Assembly (NCBI GenBank): GCA_947488325.1
Contig: CANKYZ010000002.1
Coordinates: 523,120 to 587,119 of the forward strand
Direction of reading: 5' to 3'
DNA from: an uncultured Erythrobacter sp.
GTDB lineage: Bacteria; Pseudomonadota; Alphaproteobacteria; Sphingomonadales; Sphingomonadaceae
Length of the DNA stretch: 64,000 nucleotides
Shown here: positions 50,163-62,255 of the stretch, piece by piece
Numbering within the stretch: the first letter of the stretch is position 1
Layout of the letters: each line of letters starts with the position of its first letter
Notes under the pieces: generated by a model
Told to the model about the DNA's origin: nothing
Database searches by the model: none
The model's input: the letters and a program-made list of their open reading frames with translations, nothing else
Program-made: the position numbers and the translations under genes

Positions 50163-51527
50163 TTAACGTTTGCGACCTTTCAACTTAGCCTTCTTGATGA
50201 GATCGCCATATTGGTGCGCCAGCAAATGCGACTGCACCTGGCTGATCGTATCAACTGTCACGTTGACGACAATCAACAGGCTGGTTCCCCCTAGGAACAG
50301 AGGAATACCGGTCTGAGCAATCATATATTCTGGCAACACACAAACCAAAGTCAGGTACATTGCCCCGACCACGGTGATGCGGGTGAGAACATATTCGAGA
50401 TATTCCGAAGTCCGTTTGCCCGGACGAACGCCCGGAATGAAGCCGCCATTCTTCTTAAGATTCTCAGCGTTCTCTTCCGGATCGAAAACGACTGCTGTGT
50501 AAAAGAAGCAGAAGAAGATGATCCCAAGCGCATAAAGCAGCATGTAGATCGGCTGACCATGGGCCAGATATTGGTTCAAAGACACGATGGTTGAACCAAA
50601 GGTCGTGGTCGTATCAACCGAATTGCCAGCGAATGACGAAATCGTCAGCGGCAGCAGCAGAAGCGAGCTGGCGAAGATCGGCGGGATCACACCAGCGGTG
50701 TTGAGCTTTAGCGGCAGATAGGAATTTTCTGCCTGCATCATTCCGCGCTGGGTGGCGCGTTTAGGATATTGGATCAACAGGCGGCGCTGGGCTCGCTCGA
50801 CAAAACTGATCAGCAAAATCAGCACCGCGACCATGATGAGGAAACCAATGATAATGGTCGGAGCAATTGCGCCGGTGCGGCCGCCTTCGAACATGTTGGT
50901 CGCGAATGTAGGGAACTGCGCGACAATGCCCGCCATAATGATCAGCGATACACCATTACCGATCCCGCGAGAGGTGATCTGCTCACCCAGCCACAGCAGG
51001 AACATCGTACCGCCGACCAGACTGATAACCGCGCCAATGCGGAAACCATATCCGGGATTGACCACAGCTTCGATCCCTTGAGCGCTGGCATAGCTTTCCA
51101 GCCCAGTAGCAAGGAACCAACCCTGAATGGCACACAGGAAGACGGTGCCATAGCGTGTATATTGATTGAGTTTTTGACGCCCGGTCGCGCCTTCTTTTTT
51201 CAAAGCGGCCAGCGTTGGGTGCAGCGCCGAAGCCATCTGCACCACGATCGACGCAGTAATATATGGCATCACACCAAGGGCGATCAGACTCATATTCGCC
51301 AATGCACCACCGGTGAAGGCGTTAAACAGGTCGACAATCGTTCCCTGCGTCTGCTCAGCGAGCTGATCAAGCGCCAGCGGGTTGATACCCGGAAGCGGTA
51401 CAAAGCTGAGAAAGCGGAAGACGATCAGAACCCCGATCGTAAACCAAATGCGTTGGCGTAACTCGGTTGCCTTAGCGAAGTTGCCAAGGTTCAAATTGCT
51501 AGCGATGTTATCGGCGCGTGATGCCAT
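50163..51527 (-). CDS. secY: Preprotein translocase SecY
   Basis: ALGVMPYITASIVVQ, GIGNGVSLII, AGVIPPIFASS, GFIPGVRPG, GGTSLLIVV. Confidence 0.99.
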   Translation of the reverse strand: MASRADNIASNLNLGNFAKATELRQRIWFTIGVLIVFRFLSFVPLPGINPLALDQLAEQTQGTIVDLFNAFTGGALANMSLIALGVMPYITASIVVQMASALHPTLAALKKEGATGRQKLNQYTRYGTVFLCAIQGWFLATGLESYASAQGIEAVVNPGYGFRIGAVISLVGGTMFLLWLGEQITSRGIGNGVSLIIMAGIVAQFPTFATNMFEGGRTGAIAPTIIIGFLIMVAVLILLISFVERAQRRLLIQYPKRATQRGMMQAENSYLPLKLNTAGVIPPIFASSLLLLPLTISSFAGNSVDTTTTFGSTIVSLNQYLAHGQPIYMLLYALGIIFFCFFYTAVVFDPEENAENLKKNGGFIPGVRPGKRTSEYLEYVLTRITVVGAMYLTLVCVLPEYMIAQTGIPLFLGGTSLLIVVNVTVDTISQVQSHLLAHQYGDLIKKAKLKGRKR

Positions 51528-51686
51528 TGTCTTTTGTCGATCCTAGAATCTTTAGCCGGGCAGTCCCGACCTCGCAGGCATAGATAGGAACAGCGCGCCC
51601 GATTGTCGAACCCCTGCCCCAAATTTCATCACTCCGGAGGACGAAGCTGTGTACAGCTTCATCCATCCGATGGTGATAATCATACC

Positions 51687-52217
51687 TTATTTGGAGGCTT
51701 TGCCAGCGTCTTTTTTAGCTCGCGCTTCGGCCTTGGCAGCTTTTACTTCGACATTGGTCGGCGCGGTCACTTCGACACTGCCGCCAGCCTTTTCAACCGC
51801 AGCAACTGCGCCCTTGGTGGCACCAGTGACGACGAACTTAGCTTTTGCCTTGATTTCGCCCTTGCCCAGCAACCGGACGCCGTCCTTGCCGCCGCGGATC
51901 AGGCCGCATGCACGCAAAGCGTCTTCGGTGATGTCTTTCTTGCCGTCGAGTTTCTTCTCGTCGATCCATTTTTGGATCATGCCGATGTTCACTTCGGCGT
52001 AGTCCTTACCAAACGGGTTGTTAAAACCACGCTTTGGCAGACGCATGTGAAGCGGCATTTGACCACCGCCAAAACCGTTGATCGCTACGCCTGAACGGCT
52101 CTTCTGGCCTTTTTGACCGCGTGCAGCGGTTTTACCCTTGCCCGAACCGATACCACGGCCCTTGCGCATGCGCCCTTTACGGGCACCATCATTGTCACGG
52201 ATTTCGTTAAGTTTCAT
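51687..52217 (-). CDS. rplO: 50S ribosomal protein L15
   Basis: [37 protein letters not shown]. Confidence 0.97.
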   Translation of the reverse strand: MKLNEIRDNDGARKGRMRKGRGIGSGKGKTAARGQKGQKSRSGVAINGFGGGQMPLHMRLPKRGFNNPFGKDYAEVNIGMIQKWIDEKKLDGKKDITEDALRACGLIRGGKDGVRLLGKGEIKAKAKFVVTGATKGAVAAVEKAGGSVEVTAPTNVEVKAAKAEARAKKDAGKASK

Positions 52218-52353
52218 GTTGCACTCGCTTTCGCTTTCATACGGCCCACCACGGGCTGCGCGCTGTTGGAAGCGGCGCCGATAGCGAAGGTTGCGTGTCC
52301 GTGCAAGCGGCAATCGCAATTGCGACCGCTGAAAACTGCGTGAAATGAGACAT

Positions 52354-52387
52354 AAAAAGGCGGGCAGCTGCAACGCAACGCCCGCCT
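52354..52387 (-). terminator. Rho-independent terminator
   Basis: Minus strand aggcgggc...gcccgcct followed by TTTT. Confidence 0.75.
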
Positions 52388-52411
52388 AGCTCAAGGTTCA
52401 TCACATAGAGA

Positions 52412-52870
52412 TCATTTCTGTCCGTAGACGCCAATGCCATAATAGCACGGTTCAACACTGCAACTGATCATCCGAGTGCGCAAAGTGAAGCGCGCGTTAC
52501 GGATCGGTGTGACATTGGTGATCGGCGTATCGTCAACCAGAACGTCTTCGTCGATCAGATTGCCGTTTTCATCATACAACCACATGTCAATGTCAGAACA
52601 GTCATTGTCACATTGAGCGACCATCATATAACCGACACCGGCTTCCAGATCGAGCGTAACTGATCGTTCCTGACCATTACGCAACTGGCCATTATAGCGA
52701 GCATGAGTAGAAGAAAAGCCACGCGAATTTGCAAGATTTTGAGTCATGTTGAGCAGACGATCGATCTGCTGCTCATAGGAACTTTGTGCAACGGCCGGAA
52801 CCGCTATCCCCAATGCGACTGCCGCGATCGCACTCGCAGCGATCCCAAACTTTCCTTTGTCTAAAGTCAT
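52412..52870 (-). CDS. Secreted hypothetical protein with PPC-like beta domain and four Cys
   Basis: Signal peptide ending AVA-Q; QCDNDCSDIDMWLYDENGNLIDED; CSVEPCYYGIGVY. Confidence 0.75.
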   Translation of the reverse strand: MTLDKGKFGIAASAIAAVALGIAVPAVAQSSYEQQIDRLLNMTQNLANSRGFSSTHARYNGQLRNGQERSVTLDLEAGVGYMMVAQCDNDCSDIDMWLYDENGNLIDEDVLVDDTPITNVTPIRNARFTLRTRMISCSVEPCYYGIGVYGQK

Positions 52871-53009
52871 TTAGTTCCCCCCAAATTCGTAGCGAAAGCT
52901 ACCATTTCCACGACCAGACGTACTCCTAACACCGCAAATGACGGTGCACTAGGATGGACGCGACAGCGATTGACCCAAAATGGAACCAAAACGCGATCGC
53001 CGCAAATGC

Positions 53010-53049
53010 GAAACGGCCCGCCACGCTGATCAGCATGACGGGCCGTTTC
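53010..53049 (-). terminator. Hairpin after rpmD
   Basis: gaaacggcccg...cgggccgtttc, an 11-bp stem. Confidence 0.65.
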
Positions 53050-53074
53050 AATTCAGCATTCTACCTTGGAAAGC

Positions 53075-53251
53075 TCAGTCCACGACTTGCACCAGGTGCT
53101 GAATCTTGGCGATTGCGCCGCGCACCTCAGGGGTATCCTGACGCTCAACGACCTTGTGCATCTTGTTCAGACCAAGACCGATAAGTATCTTGCGCTGACT
53201 TTCAGGACGGCGGATCGGCGAACCGATCTGTTTGATTTTGACGGTAGCCAT
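53075..53251 (-). CDS. rpmD: 50S ribosomal protein L30
   Basis: Translated manually (58 aa): [58 protein letters not shown]. Confidence 0.95.
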   Translation of the reverse strand: MATVKIKQIGSPIRRPESQRKILIGLGLNKMHKVVERQDTPEVRGAIAKIQHLVQVVD

Positions 53252-53257
53252 TATCGG

Positions 53258-54082
53258 TTACTCCACAATAGCAGCGGCATCAGCCTCTGCTTCAACTTCA
53301 CTGATCTGGCCGCCGCGACCCAATAGGTCGGCAACTTTCTTGCCGCGACGCTGAGCCACCGACTTCGGTGAAGTCTGCTCTGTCAGTGCGTCAAAAGTGG
53401 CGCGGATCATGTTGTAAGGGTTCGACGAGCCGACCGATTTGGTCACAACGTCCGCAACGCCCAAGCTTTCAAACACGGCACGCATCGGACCACCGGCAAT
53501 GATGCCCGTTCCCGGAGGCGCTGTGCGGATAGTCACCTTGCCCGCACCAAAGCGGCCATTGCCGTCATGGTGTAGAGTGCGACCTTCCTTAAGAGCTACG
53601 CGGATCATCTTCTTGCGAGCCGCTGCCGTAGCCTTGGTAATAGCCTCAGGCACTTCGCGAGCCTTGCCCTTGCCAAAGCCAACGCGGCCCTGGCCATCGC
53701 CAACAACTACAAGAGCTGCAAAACCGAAACGCTTACCGCCTTTCACTGTTTTGGAGACGCGGTTGATGTGGACCAGCTTTTCGATGATGCCATCATCTTC
53801 TTCCTGACGACCACCACGGCGATTGCCGTCACGGCCACCACGACCACGGCCGCCGCCGCGATTGTCATTGTTGCCACCGCGGCCACGGCCACGCTGTTGC
53901 TTGGGCTGCTCAGCAGGAGCAGCAGCTGGTGCCGCTTCTGCTGGAGCTGCCGCAGTTGATGCCGCCTCAGGGGCTGCTTCTACCGCAGGCGCTTCAGCAG
54001 CCGGAGCTTCAGTCGCTACCGGTTCGGTCGCTGGGCTTTCCGGAGTTGCTTCCGGAGCTTCTGTGTTTTTCTCATCAGCCAT
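53258..54082 (-). CDS. rpsE: 30S ribosomal protein S5 with long N-terminal extension
   Basis: [35 protein letters not shown]. Confidence 0.97.
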   Translation of the reverse strand: MADEKNTEAPEATPESPATEPVATEAPAAEAPAVEAAPEAASTAAAPAEAAPAAAPAEQPKQQRGRGRGGNNDNRGGGRGRGGRDGNRRGGRQEEDDGIIEKLVHINRVSKTVKGGKRFGFAALVVVGDGQGRVGFGKGKAREVPEAITKATAAARKKMIRVALKEGRTLHHDGNGRFGAGKVTIRTAPPGTGIIAGGPMRAVFESLGVADVVTKSVGSSNPYNMIRATFDALTEQTSPKSVAQRRGKKVADLLGRGGQISEVEAEADAAAIVE

Positions 54083-54084
54083 AA

Positions 54085-54429
54085 TCAGAACTCCAACCCG
54101 CCTTCGCGAGCGGCATCGGCCAACGCTTTCACGCGACCATGAAACAGGAACCCGCCGCGATCAAACACGACAGTCGTGACGCCAGCCTTCTTGGCAGCAG
54201 CAGCGATGTCCTTGCCAACCTTCACGGCAGCATCGACATTCGCGCCGGATGCTTTCGCACCGAGCGTCGATGCAGCAGCGACCGTACGTCCATCACCATC
54301 GTTGATGATCTGCGCATAAATGTGCCGACCGGTACGGTGCACAGAAAGGCGCGGCTTGTTGCCCGAACGCGCACGAAGTGCAGTACGAACACGGCGGCGG
54401 CGCCGTTCAAAAAGGGAAAGTTTTGCCAT
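54085..54429 (-). CDS. rplR: 50S ribosomal protein L18
   Basis: [43 protein letters not shown]. Confidence 0.97.
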   Translation of the reverse strand: MAKLSLFERRRRRVRTALRARSGNKPRLSVHRTGRHIYAQIINDGDGRTVAAASTLGAKASGANVDAAVKVGKDIAAAAKKAGVTTVVFDRGGFLFHGRVKALADAAREGGLEF

Positions 54430-54430
54430 C

Positions 54431-54964
54431 TTACTTCTTCTTCCCTTCCTTGCGGAAGATGTACTCGCCGCGATATTTGATACCCTTGCCCTTGTAAGGT
54501 TCAGGCTTGCGAAATTCACGGATTTCGGCGGCAAACTGACCAACGGCCTGCTTGTCCATGCCCGAAATTTCGACCGTGGTTTGATCTGGCGTTTTCACAT
54601 CAATGCCCTCTGGCACTGTCAGATCAACGTCATGGCTGAAACCGAGCTCTAGCTTGAGCGACTTGCCCTGCGCTTTTGCACGGTAACCAACACCTGAAAT
54701 TTCAAGTGTCTTTGAAAAGCCTTCCGTCACACCCTCAACCAAATTGGCAACAAGCGTACGCTGCAATCCCCAAAAGGACCGTGCCTGCTTGCTGTCATTG
54801 GCTGGGTTGACGGCGATCTGGCCTTCTTCAACCTTATATTCGATCAGGTCCGACATACCCATTGTAAGAGTGCCCTTAGGGCCTTTCACATTAAGCGTGT
54901 CGTTGTCGATGCTAGCTGTAACCCCTGCCGGGATTGGAACAGCTTTCTTACCAATGCGGCTCAT
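54431..54964 (-). CDS. rplF: 50S ribosomal protein L6
   Basis: [22 protein letters not shown]. Confidence 0.98.
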   Translation of the reverse strand: MSRIGKKAVPIPAGVTASIDNDTLNVKGPKGTLTMGMSDLIEYKVEEGQIAVNPANDSKQARSFWGLQRTLVANLVEGVTEGFSKTLEISGVGYRAKAQGKSLKLELGFSHDVDLTVPEGIDVKTPDQTTVEISGMDKQAVGQFAAEIREFRKPEPYKGKGIKYRGEYIFRKEGKKK

Positions 54965-55359
54965 CAGAAGACCTCCGCAAGCACTTCGCCGCCGACCTTG
55001 TTATCGCGGGCTTCGTTGTCCGAAAGGACACCGCGCGGGGTCGAGACGATGGTAATACCAAGGCCGTTGCGAACCGTCGGAAGTTCTTTCGAACCCGAAT
55101 AGACGCGGCGGCCAGGCTTGGAAACGCGAGCGACGTGTTTAATCGCCGGTTCGCCTTCAAAATATTTCAGTTCGATCCGCAGCGCTTTATGCTTGCCGCT
55201 CTCATCTTCACTGTAACCACGAATATAACCTTCGCGGGTCAGCACTTCGAGAACATTGGCGCGCAGCTTTGACGCAGGAGAAAGGACAGAATCCTTCTTT
55301 GCCTGCTGGCCGTTGCGGATGCGGGTGAGCATGTCACCCAGTGGATCGGTCATAGCCAT
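54964..55359 (-). CDS. rpsH: 30S ribosomal protein S8
   Basis: [27 protein letters not shown]. Confidence 0.98.
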   Translation of the reverse strand: MAMTDPLGDMLTRIRNGQQAKKDSVLSPASKLRANVLEVLTREGYIRGYSEDESGKHKALRIELKYFEGEPAIKHVARVSKPGRRVYSGSKELPTVRNGLGITIVSTPRGVLSDNEARDNKVGGEVLAEVF

Positions 55360-55370
55360 CTATCAGGTCC

Positions 55371-55676
55371 TCACCAGCTCGACTTGGTCAGACCAGGGAT
55401 CATACCCCTGGTGCCGAGTTGACGCAGTTCGATACGGTTGATGCCGAACTTGCGGTAATAGCCGCGTGGGCGGCCGGTGGTGGCGCAGCGATTGCGCACG
55501 CGTGTTGGATTCCCGTTCCGGGGAATTTCAGCCATCTTCAGACGCGCCATAAGACGGTCGCCTTCGTCAGCCGATGTGTCGTTGGCAATTGCCTTCAACT
55601 TTTCGTACTTCGCCGCGTATTTCTCAACGAGCTTCTTGCGACGCTCATTTTTGTTGATCGAACTCAGTTTCGCCAT
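55371..55676 (-). CDS. rpsN: 30S ribosomal protein S14 (long, non-zinc type)
   Basis: [21 protein letters not shown]. Confidence 0.97.
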   Translation of the reverse strand: MAKLSSINKNERRKKLVEKYAAKYEKLKAIANDTSADEGDRLMARLKMAEIPRNGNPTRVRNRCATTGRPRGYYRKFGINRIELRQLGTRGMIPGLTKSSW

Positions 55677-55729
55677 GGACTTAAGCTCTCTTCTCTTGTG
55701 TCGTTGCGTTCATCAAAGTGGCCGACGGC

Positions 55730-56311
55730 TTACGCCGCTTCCTTTTTCTGGTCAGCTTCGCCTTCAAATGGGAAGCCGAACAGACGCAGGAGTTCGTGCG
55801 CCTCTTCGTCGGTTTTTGCAGTGGTGGTCAGAATGATGTCCATCCCCCGCACTTTATCAATCTTGTCGTAGCTGATCTCAGGGAACACGATCTGTTCCTT
55901 AAGACCCATCGCGTAATTGCCACGTCCATCGAAAGACTTGGCATTCACACCACGGAAATCGCGGATGCGAGGCATTGCGATGGTCACCAGGCGATCCATG
56001 AATTCATACATACGTTCCCGGCGCAAAGTGACTTTGCAACCAATAGGCATGCCTTCGCGCAGCTTGAACTGAGCGATTGATTTCTTAGCCTTGGTGATGA
56101 CAGGCTTCTGACCAGCGATCAGAGCCATTTCTTCAGCGGCAATCGCGACTTTCTTCTTGTCCTGGCTGGCTTCGCCAACACCCATATTGAGTGTGACTTT
56201 CACAAGCCGTGGGACTTGAAGACGATTGGTGTAGCCGAACTTCTCAGTCATCGCCTTGACGATTTCGTCTTCGAACTTCGTCTTGAGACGCGGAGTGTAG
56301 TTATCAGTCAT
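55730..56311 (-). CDS. rplE: 50S ribosomal protein L5
   Basis: [31 protein letters not shown]. Confidence 0.98.
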   Translation of the reverse strand: MTDNYTPRLKTKFEDEIVKAMTEKFGYTNRLQVPRLVKVTLNMGVGEASQDKKKVAIAAEEMALIAGQKPVITKAKKSIAQFKLREGMPIGCKVTLRRERMYEFMDRLVTIAMPRIRDFRGVNAKSFDGRGNYAMGLKEQIVFPEISYDKIDKVRGMDIILTTTAKTDEEAHELLRLFGFPFEGEADQKKEAA

Positions 56312-56624
56312 TGACGACCTCCCCACTCTTTACTGCGACACGCACCTTCTTGCCGTCCTTAACTTCGAAACGGACACGGGTGGGTGAGCCATCTTTAGGA
56401 TCAGCCAAAGCAACCTTTGAGATGTTCATCGCCGCAGGAAAGCGATCGATGCCACCTTGTGGATTTTCCTGGCTGGGCTTGCGGTGGCGAGCTGCCACGT
56501 TGATACCTTCGACAATGATCTTGCCATCTTTCGGCATGACCTGTTGGACAGTACCGGTGCGGCCCTTATCCTTGCCCGAAAGCACGACGACGCTGTCGCC
56601 CTTTTTGATCTTTGCAGCACCCAT
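56304..56624 (-). CDS. rplX: 50S ribosomal protein L24
   Basis: [22 protein letters not shown]. Confidence 0.97.
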   Translation of the reverse strand: MGAAKIKKGDSVVVLSGKDKGRTGTVQQVMPKDGKIIVEGINVAARHRKPSQENPQGGIDRFPAAMNISKVALADPKDGSPTRVRFEVKDGKKVRVAVKSGEVVND

Positions 56625-56626
56625 GA

Positions 56627-56995
56627 TCAGAGCACCTCCGGAGCGAGCGAAATAATCTTCATGAAACCACGACCGCGAAGTTCGCGAACGACTGGGCCAA
56701 AGATACGAGTGCCAATTGGCTCTTCGCTCTTATTCACCAAAACAGCGGCGTTGCTGTCAAAGCGGATCACGCTGCCATCTGCACGGCGAACGTCTTTACG
56801 GGTACGCACGATGACAGCGCGATGAACATCGCCCTTCTTCACCTTTGCGCGTGGTTGAGCTTCCTTGACGGAAACCACGATCACGTCGCCCACGGAGGCA
56901 AACCGACGCTTTGAGCCACCCAGCACCTTAATGCACTGGACGCGCTTAGCGCCGCTATTATCCGCGACGTCGAGATTGGATTGCATCTGGATCAT
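56627..56995 (-). CDS. rplN: 50S ribosomal protein L14
   Basis: [29 protein letters not shown]. Confidence 0.98.
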   Translation of the reverse strand: MIQMQSNLDVADNSGAKRVQCIKVLGGSKRRFASVGDVIVVSVKEAQPRAKVKKGDVHRAVIVRTRKDVRRADGSVIRFDSNAAVLVNKSEEPIGTRIFGPVVRELRGRGFMKIISLAPEVL

Positions 56996-57114
56996 TGATC
57001 CGTTCCTTCTCTTGGCTTTCCGGGACTTACTTTCAGCTAAGAGCCAAAACCACGCCCGGGAGTTCCGTTTTCGTCTGTCCCCGCCCTGAAAAAATCCCTA
57101 GCGAGGAGGTCAAA

Positions 57115-57405
57115 TCAGTTACTTGCTGCCTCGACATCGAGATCAGCTTCGATTGCCTGCGTTCCGCCGGCCACGACGCGGTCCTTAACGGCCCAGGTCT
57201 TAGTCTTCGAAATCGGCTTAGTCTCTTCAATCCGCACGATGTCACCAACGGTAAATTCGTTCGCTTCGTCATGGGCATGATACTTTTTCGAACGGCGGAT
57301 GATCTTCCCGTAAAGCGGGTGCTTCACCTTGCGTTCGACCAGTACGGTCACAGTTTTGTCGGTCTTGTCGGACGTGACAATCCCGCTCAGAATACGTTTG
57401 GGCAT
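57115..57405 (-). CDS. rpsQ: 30S ribosomal protein S17
   Basis: [23 protein letters not shown]. Confidence 0.97.
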   Translation of the reverse strand: MPKRILSGIVTSDKTDKTVTVLVERKVKHPLYGKIIRRSKKYHAHDEANEFTVGDIVRIEETKPISKTKTWAVKDRVVAGGTQAIEADLDVEAASN

Positions 57406-57415
57406 CGTCTACTCC

Positions 57416-57631
57416 TTACGCCTTTGCAGCCACGGCGGCTGCCGCGCGCTCGTTTTGCAGCGTCTTGATCTGAGCGATCGCACGACGCACTTCGCGAATA
57501 CGCGAAGGCTTCTCGAGTTGGTTGGTCGCAGCCTGAAAGCGCAGATTGAACTGTTCTTTCTTCAGATCGACAAGGTCAGCGGAAAGCTGATCATCGGTCT
57601 TGGTGCGAAGATCTTCAACAATAGCCATCAT
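57416..57631 (-). CDS. rpmC: 50S ribosomal protein L29
   Basis: [24 protein letters not shown]. Confidence 0.96.
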   Translation of the reverse strand: MMAIVEDLRTKTDDQLSADLVDLKKEQFNLRFQAATNQLEKPSRIREVRRAIAQIKTLQNERAAAAVAAKA

Positions 57632-58062
57632 TCGCCTCCCAGGTGCGAAGTGTCACCAAGGCGGGCAACCACCTTAGTTTTGATTGGCAGCTTCATCGCA
57701 GCGCGTTCAAATGCGAGCGCAGCAACGGGACCGGGAACACCGTCCAGTTCGAACAGGATGCGGCCAGGTTTAACCCGAGCTGCCCAGTATTCGACCGATC
57801 CTTTACCTTTACCCTGACGAACTTCGGCAGGCTTCTTGGATACGGGAACGTCTGGGAAGACGCGGATCCAAAGACGGCCCTGACGTTTCATCGCGCGGGT
57901 AATGGCACGACGCGCAGCTTCAATCTGACGCGCAGTAAGGCGATCAGGCTCAAGAGCTTTCAGACCATAAGCGCCAAAGTTCAGCGTAGTGCCGCCCTTT
58001 GCATCGCCTTTGATCCGCCCTTTAAAGGCCTTGCGAAATTTGGTTTTTTTCGGTTGCAGCAT
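57628..58062 (-). CDS. rplP: 50S ribosomal protein L16
   Basis: [30 protein letters not shown]. Confidence 0.98.
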   Translation of the reverse strand: MLQPKKTKFRKAFKGRIKGDAKGGTTLNFGAYGLKALEPDRLTARQIEAARRAITRAMKRQGRLWIRVFPDVPVSKKPAEVRQGKGKGSVEYWAARVKPGRILFELDGVPGPVAALAFERAAMKLPIKTKVVARLGDTSHLGGE

Positions 58063-58073
58063 GTCTAGTTACC

Positions 58074-58769
58074 TCAACGAGCCGGTCGCACGCCGGAAGT
58101 CTGCGCTTCCATCATCAGGCGGTCCTGCGCGGTCGGATCATGAGCGAGAATTTCGCCCTTAAAGATCCATACCTTGATGCCGATGATCCCGTAAGCGGTT
58201 AGCGCTTCGGTTTCGGCATAATCGATATTCGCACGCAATGTGTGAAGCGGCACACGACCTTCGCGGTACCATTCAACACGAGCGATTTCAGCGCCGCCAA
58301 GGCGACCACCGCAAACGATCTTGATGCCTTCAGCACCCAGACGCAGAGCCGATTGCACTGCACGCTTCATAGCGCGGCGGAAAGCAATACGGCGAATGAG
58401 CTGATCTGCAACGCCTTGAGCAACAAGCTTCGCGTCGATTTCCGGCTTGCGGATTTCAACGATGTTCAGCTTAACTTCGCTCGAAGTCATAGTTGCAAGC
58501 TTAGCCCGCAGCTTTTCGATATCTGCACCCTTCTTACCGATGATAACACCGGGACGAGCAGCATAGATCGAAACGCGGCAAAGTTTAGCCGGACGCTCAA
58601 TCACAACCTTCGAAATCGCTGCCTGTGGCAGGTTCGAAGTGATGTATTTGCGGATTGTTATGTCTTCCTTGAGAAGGCTCGCATAGTCACGCCCTTCGGC
58701 GTACCAACGGCTATCCCAAGTGCGGTTGATCTGCAGGCGCAGACCGATCGGATTGCTCTTCTGACCCAT
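58074..58769 (-). CDS. rpsC: 30S ribosomal protein S3
   Basis: [32 protein letters not shown]. Confidence 0.98.
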   Translation of the reverse strand: MGQKSNPIGLRLQINRTWDSRWYAEGRDYASLLKEDITIRKYITSNLPQAAISKVVIERPAKLCRVSIYAARPGVIIGKKGADIEKLRAKLATMTSSEVKLNIVEIRKPEIDAKLVAQGVADQLIRRIAFRRAMKRAVQSALRLGAEGIKIVCGGRLGGAEIARVEWYREGRVPLHTLRANIDYAETEALTAYGIIGIKVWIFKGEILAHDPTAQDRLMMEAQTSGVRPAR

Positions 58770-58770
58770 C

Positions 58771-59154
58771 TTACGCCTCCTCTTCTTCGTGTTCGCGAAC
58801 AACGATGCGCAGCTTACTGAATGGCTTCAGAATGCGCGTCGACTTGCCGCGGCCACGTGTGTGGAACCGCTTCATGGTGATCGATTTGCCTACCGAAGCT
58901 TCCGCCACGACAAGCGCGTCGACGTCGAGATCGTGGTTATTTTCTGCATTGGCGATCGCGCTAGCAAGCACCTTAGTAGCGTCCTTAGCCATGCCCTTCT
59001 TAGAGAAGGAGAGGATGTTCAGAGCCTCTTCGACTTTCTTGCCGCGGATCAATTGCGCAACAAGGTTCAGCTTTTGAGCCGACCCGCGAATCTGCGTGCC
59101 GACAGCCAGTGCCTCATTATCCGCGACGCGGCGTGGTGATTTTTCCTTGCCCAT
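58771..59154 (-). CDS. rplV: 50S ribosomal protein L22
   Basis: [21 protein letters not shown]. Confidence 0.97.
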   Translation of the reverse strand: MGKEKSPRRVADNEALAVGTQIRGSAQKLNLVAQLIRGKKVEEALNILSFSKKGMAKDATKVLASAIANAENNHDLDVDALVVAEASVGKSITMKRFHTRGRGKSTRILKPFSKLRIVVREHEEEEA

Positions 59155-59429
59155 TATCGCTTACCCTTCTTGTCGGCTGCATGGCCGGGGAAGCTGCGGG
59201 TGGGTGAAAACTCACCGAGCTTATGCCCAACCATCTCTTCCGAAACAGAGACCGGGATGAATTTGCGACCGTTGTAAACGTTGAACGTCAGACCAACGAA
59301 CTGCGGCAGGATTGTGGAGCGGCGCGACCAAGTCTTGATCGGCTTGTTGCTGCTCGCTTCCTGTGCGTCCTCTGCCTTCTTCAGCAGGCTGAGTTCGACA
59401 AACGGACCTTTCCAGACGGAACGTGCCAT
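59154..59429 (-). CDS. rpsS: 30S ribosomal protein S19
   Basis: [26 protein letters not shown]. Confidence 0.98.
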   Translation of the reverse strand: MARSVWKGPFVELSLLKKAEDAQEASSNKPIKTWSRRSTILPQFVGLTFNVYNGRKFIPVSVSEEMVGHKLGEFSPTRSFPGHAADKKGKR

Positions 59430-59435
59430 CGTGTC

Positions 59436-60272
59436 TTACCTCTTCTTCTTCGCGTGACGCGAACGGATGATCATTTTGTCCGTCTGCTTGTTCTTGCGGG
59501 TACGGGCACCCTTGGTCGGTTTGCCCCACGGGGTAACCGGATGACGGCCACCGCTGGTACGGCCTTCGCCGCCGCCATGCGGGTGATCGACAGGGTTCTT
59601 TGCAACACCGCGTGTAAGCGGCCGGCGGCCCTTCCAACGGGTGCGGCCAGCTTTGCCGAAATTCTGGTTCTGGTTGTCGGGGTTCGAAACCGCACCAACC
59701 GTACCCATGCAATCGCCGCGCAGGTAACGTTGTTCGCCAGAGTTGAGGCGAACCATGACCATTCCGCGGTCACGACCAACGATCTGAACATAGGTTCCAG
59801 CTGAGCGAGCGATCTGACCGCCCTTGCCCGGCTTCATTTCAACATTGTGGCAAATCGTTCCGACCGGCATCTGGCTCAACAGCATGGCATTGCCAGGCTT
59901 TGTGTCGACCTTTTCACCAGCAATTACCGTGTCACCAACAGCAAGGCGCTGCGGGCAGATGACGTAATTGAGTTCGCCGTCTTCGTACTTAAGCAGTGCG
60001 ATGAAGGCCGTGCGGTTAGGGTCGTATTCAATCCGCTCGACAGTCGCGGGAATATCCCATTTCCGACGTTTGAAATCGATGAAACGATATTTCTGCTTGT
60101 GACCACCGGCGATACCGCGCGAAGTCACGTGCCCTTTATTGTTCCGACCACCGGTCTTGCGCTTGCCCTCGGTGAGCGACTTAACCGGACCACCTTTGTG
60201 GAGACCAGATTTGTCGACCAAGATAAGGCCACGGCGCGCCGGGCTTGTTGGTTTATAGTTCTTGAGTGCCAT
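59436..60272 (-). CDS. rplB: 50S ribosomal protein L2
   Basis: [21 protein letters not shown]. Confidence 0.99.
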   Translation of the reverse strand: MALKNYKPTSPARRGLILVDKSGLHKGGPVKSLTEGKRKTGGRNNKGHVTSRGIAGGHKQKYRFIDFKRRKWDIPATVERIEYDPNRTAFIALLKYEDGELNYVICPQRLAVGDTVIAGEKVDTKPGNAMLLSQMPVGTICHNVEMKPGKGGQIARSAGTYVQIVGRDRGMVMVRLNSGEQRYLRGDCMGTVGAVSNPDNQNQNFGKAGRTRWKGRRPLTRGVAKNPVDHPHGGGEGRTSGGRHPVTPWGKPTKGARTRKNKQTDKMIIRSRHAKKKR

Positions 60273-60280
60273 GATCCGCC

Positions 60281-60589
60281 TCAGATACCGCTAGTGATAT
60301 CGATCATCTCGCCTTCGGCGAGCCTCACGATAGCCTTTTTGAAATCAGACCGCTTGTAAGGTTTACCCTTCCAGCGCTTCGTCTTTCCTTTGGTGAGTGT
60401 GGTGTTCACCGAAACGACCTTCTTTTCGTAGATCGCTTCGACCGCTTCTTTGATCTGCGGCTTCGTCGCGTCTGTCGCCACCTTAAACACTACCGCATTG
60501 TTTTCCGACGCAAGCGTCGATTTCTCGGTGATGTGCGGTGCGAGGATCACGTCATAGTGCCGCGCGTCGATGTCTTGCTTTTTAGCCAT
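60281..60589 (-). CDS. rplW: 50S ribosomal protein L23
   Basis: [26 protein letters not shown]. Confidence 0.97.
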   Translation of the reverse strand: MAKKQDIDARHYDVILAPHITEKSTLASENNAVVFKVATDATKPQIKEAVEAIYEKKVVSVNTTLTKGKTKRWKGKPYKRSDFKKAIVRLAEGEMIDITSGI

Positions 60590-61205
60590 TGAAGCGCGCC
60601 TCCAGCTTAGCGACAGCATCCTTTGTCAGGACCAGCGTGTCGTGGTTGAGGATGTCGTAAACGTTGGCCCCCATCGCAGGCATCACATTGATACCTGGAA
60701 GATTGCCTGCGGCCTTCTTGAAGTCGTCATTGACGCTCTCGCCGTCGATCACGAGGATCTTTCCAGCGTAACCAGCTTTTTCAAGCTGGCCTTTAAGCAC
60801 CTTGGTCTTCGCATCTTTCATCGAAAGATCATCGACAACAACCAGACCCTCTTTAACCTTAGACGATAGAGCCATCTTCAATCCAAGGGCGCGGATTTTC
60901 TTATTAAGCGATTGGTCAAAGTCACGCTTGCGCGCACCATGAGCCTTACCGCCGCCAATAAAGATCGGAGCACCGCGATCGCCGTGACGAGCGCCGCCCG
61001 AACCCTTCTGGGCACCGAACTTCTTACCTGTACGAGCCACATCCGAACGCTCACGCGTTGGACGGGCAGTGGCACGGCGGTTTTCAAGCTGCCAGGTGAC
61101 AACACGGTGCAGGATGTCTGCGCGTGGCTCAACACCGAATACGGCATCATTGAGCTCAATGTCTCCCGACGCTTTACCGTCGATTTTTTGGACCTTCACC
61201 TTCAT
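60582..61205 (-). CDS. rplD: 50S ribosomal protein L4
   Basis: [23 protein letters not shown]. Confidence 0.98.
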   Translation of the reverse strand: MKVKVQKIDGKASGDIELNDAVFGVEPRADILHRVVTWQLENRRATARPTRERSDVARTGKKFGAQKGSGGARHGDRGAPIFIGGGKAHGARKRDFDQSLNKKIRALGLKMALSSKVKEGLVVVDDLSMKDAKTKVLKGQLEKAGYAGKILVIDGESVNDDFKKAAGNLPGINVMPAMGANVYDILNHDTLVLTKDAVAKLEARFNG

Positions 61206-61208
61206 GGA

Positions 61209-61985
61209 TCAGCCCTCCTTATTTTCATCACTGGCGGGAGCAGTTGCTTCCGGCGCAGGAGTATCGGCAGCTGCCTCGACTACAGTCTCCTCAACCTGTG
61301 GAGCAGCCGCTTCGACTACAGCACCAGGGAATGGAAGACCGTCAGGCATCTTCAACTTGACCGCATCACGAACGAGCAGCCAGCCATTCTTCGATCCCGG
61401 AACAGATCCCTTGATGAAGAGAAGACCGCGATCCGCGTCGGTGCGAACAACTTCGAGATTTTGCTGAGTGCGCTGGCGATCACCCATGTGACCAGCCATC
61501 TTCTTACCCTTAAACACGCGGCCCGGATCCTGACGGTTACCCGTCGAACCGTGCGAACGGTGAGAGACCGAAACGCCGTGCGTCGCGCGCAAACCACCAA
61601 AACCCCAACGCTTCATCGCGCCAGCAAAGCCTTTACCCTGGGTGTGCCCAGTAATGTCGACTTTTTGACCTGCGAGGAAATGGTCAGCACTGATGGTTGA
61701 ACCGACAGGCACAAGGCCGTCTGCGTTCTCAACCGGAAATTCAGCCACACGCCTCTTCAGGCCGACACCGGCCTTACCAAAGTGCTCTCGCTGCGGTTTC
61801 GCAACGTTTTTTTGTTTTGCTTCGCCTGCACCAAGCTGCACGGCAAAATAGCCGTCAGTGTCTTCGGTGCGGTGTGAAACAACCTGACAATCTTCCAATG
61901 CAAGAACGGTAACCGGCACATGCCGTCCGTCCTCTTGGAAGAGGCGGGTCATTCCAACCTTCTTTGCGATCACGCCAGTGCGCAT
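61209..61985 (-). CDS. rplC: 50S ribosomal protein L3
   Basis: [36 protein letters not shown]. Confidence 0.98.
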   Translation of the reverse strand: MRTGVIAKKVGMTRLFQEDGRHVPVTVLALEDCQVVSHRTEDTDGYFAVQLGAGEAKQKNVAKPQREHFGKAGVGLKRRVAEFPVENADGLVPVGSTISADHFLAGQKVDITGHTQGKGFAGAMKRWGFGGLRATHGVSVSHRSHGSTGNRQDPGRVFKGKKMAGHMGDRQRTQQNLEVVRTDADRGLLFIKGSVPGSKNGWLLVRDAVKLKMPDGLPFPGAVVEAAAPQVEETVVEAAADTPAPEATAPASDENKEG

Positions 61986-61994
61986 CGTTGTGTA

Positions 61995-62255
61995 CTCCTT
62001 ACAGAGGCACCCAAGGGACCATCCCTGAGGTGCGTGAACCAAAATTGGCCAACCCAAATTTTATGCTGCGCCCCGCCTGGGCTGATGCTCTCACAGCCGG
62101 ATGGCCGATTGAGCGAGACGGAGGACGCAGCCCGGTCGACTGACCGGCGGTATCCATATGTCTTGCTGATACACCCTGCATTTGGGGCAGATCAACGGGG
62201 TCATTGGAGCCCCAAATTCTCGGTCAGATTAACGTCCTACCGAAGGACGAAGAGA
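61995..62255 (-). promoter_or_regulatory. Structured leader between rpsJ and rplC (candidate ribosomal-protein autoregulatory RNA)
   Basis: Minus-strand stems atttggggc/gccccaaat, ccggtc/gaccgg, gctgcgtcc/gggcgcagc and gcacctcaggga/tcccttgggtgc directly before the TAAGGAG RBS. Confidence 0.6.

Noticed and set aside
46270-50163. Absence of rpsD, rpmJ, infA and map from the alpha/spc region
   Set aside because: Normal arrangement for alphaproteobacteria.
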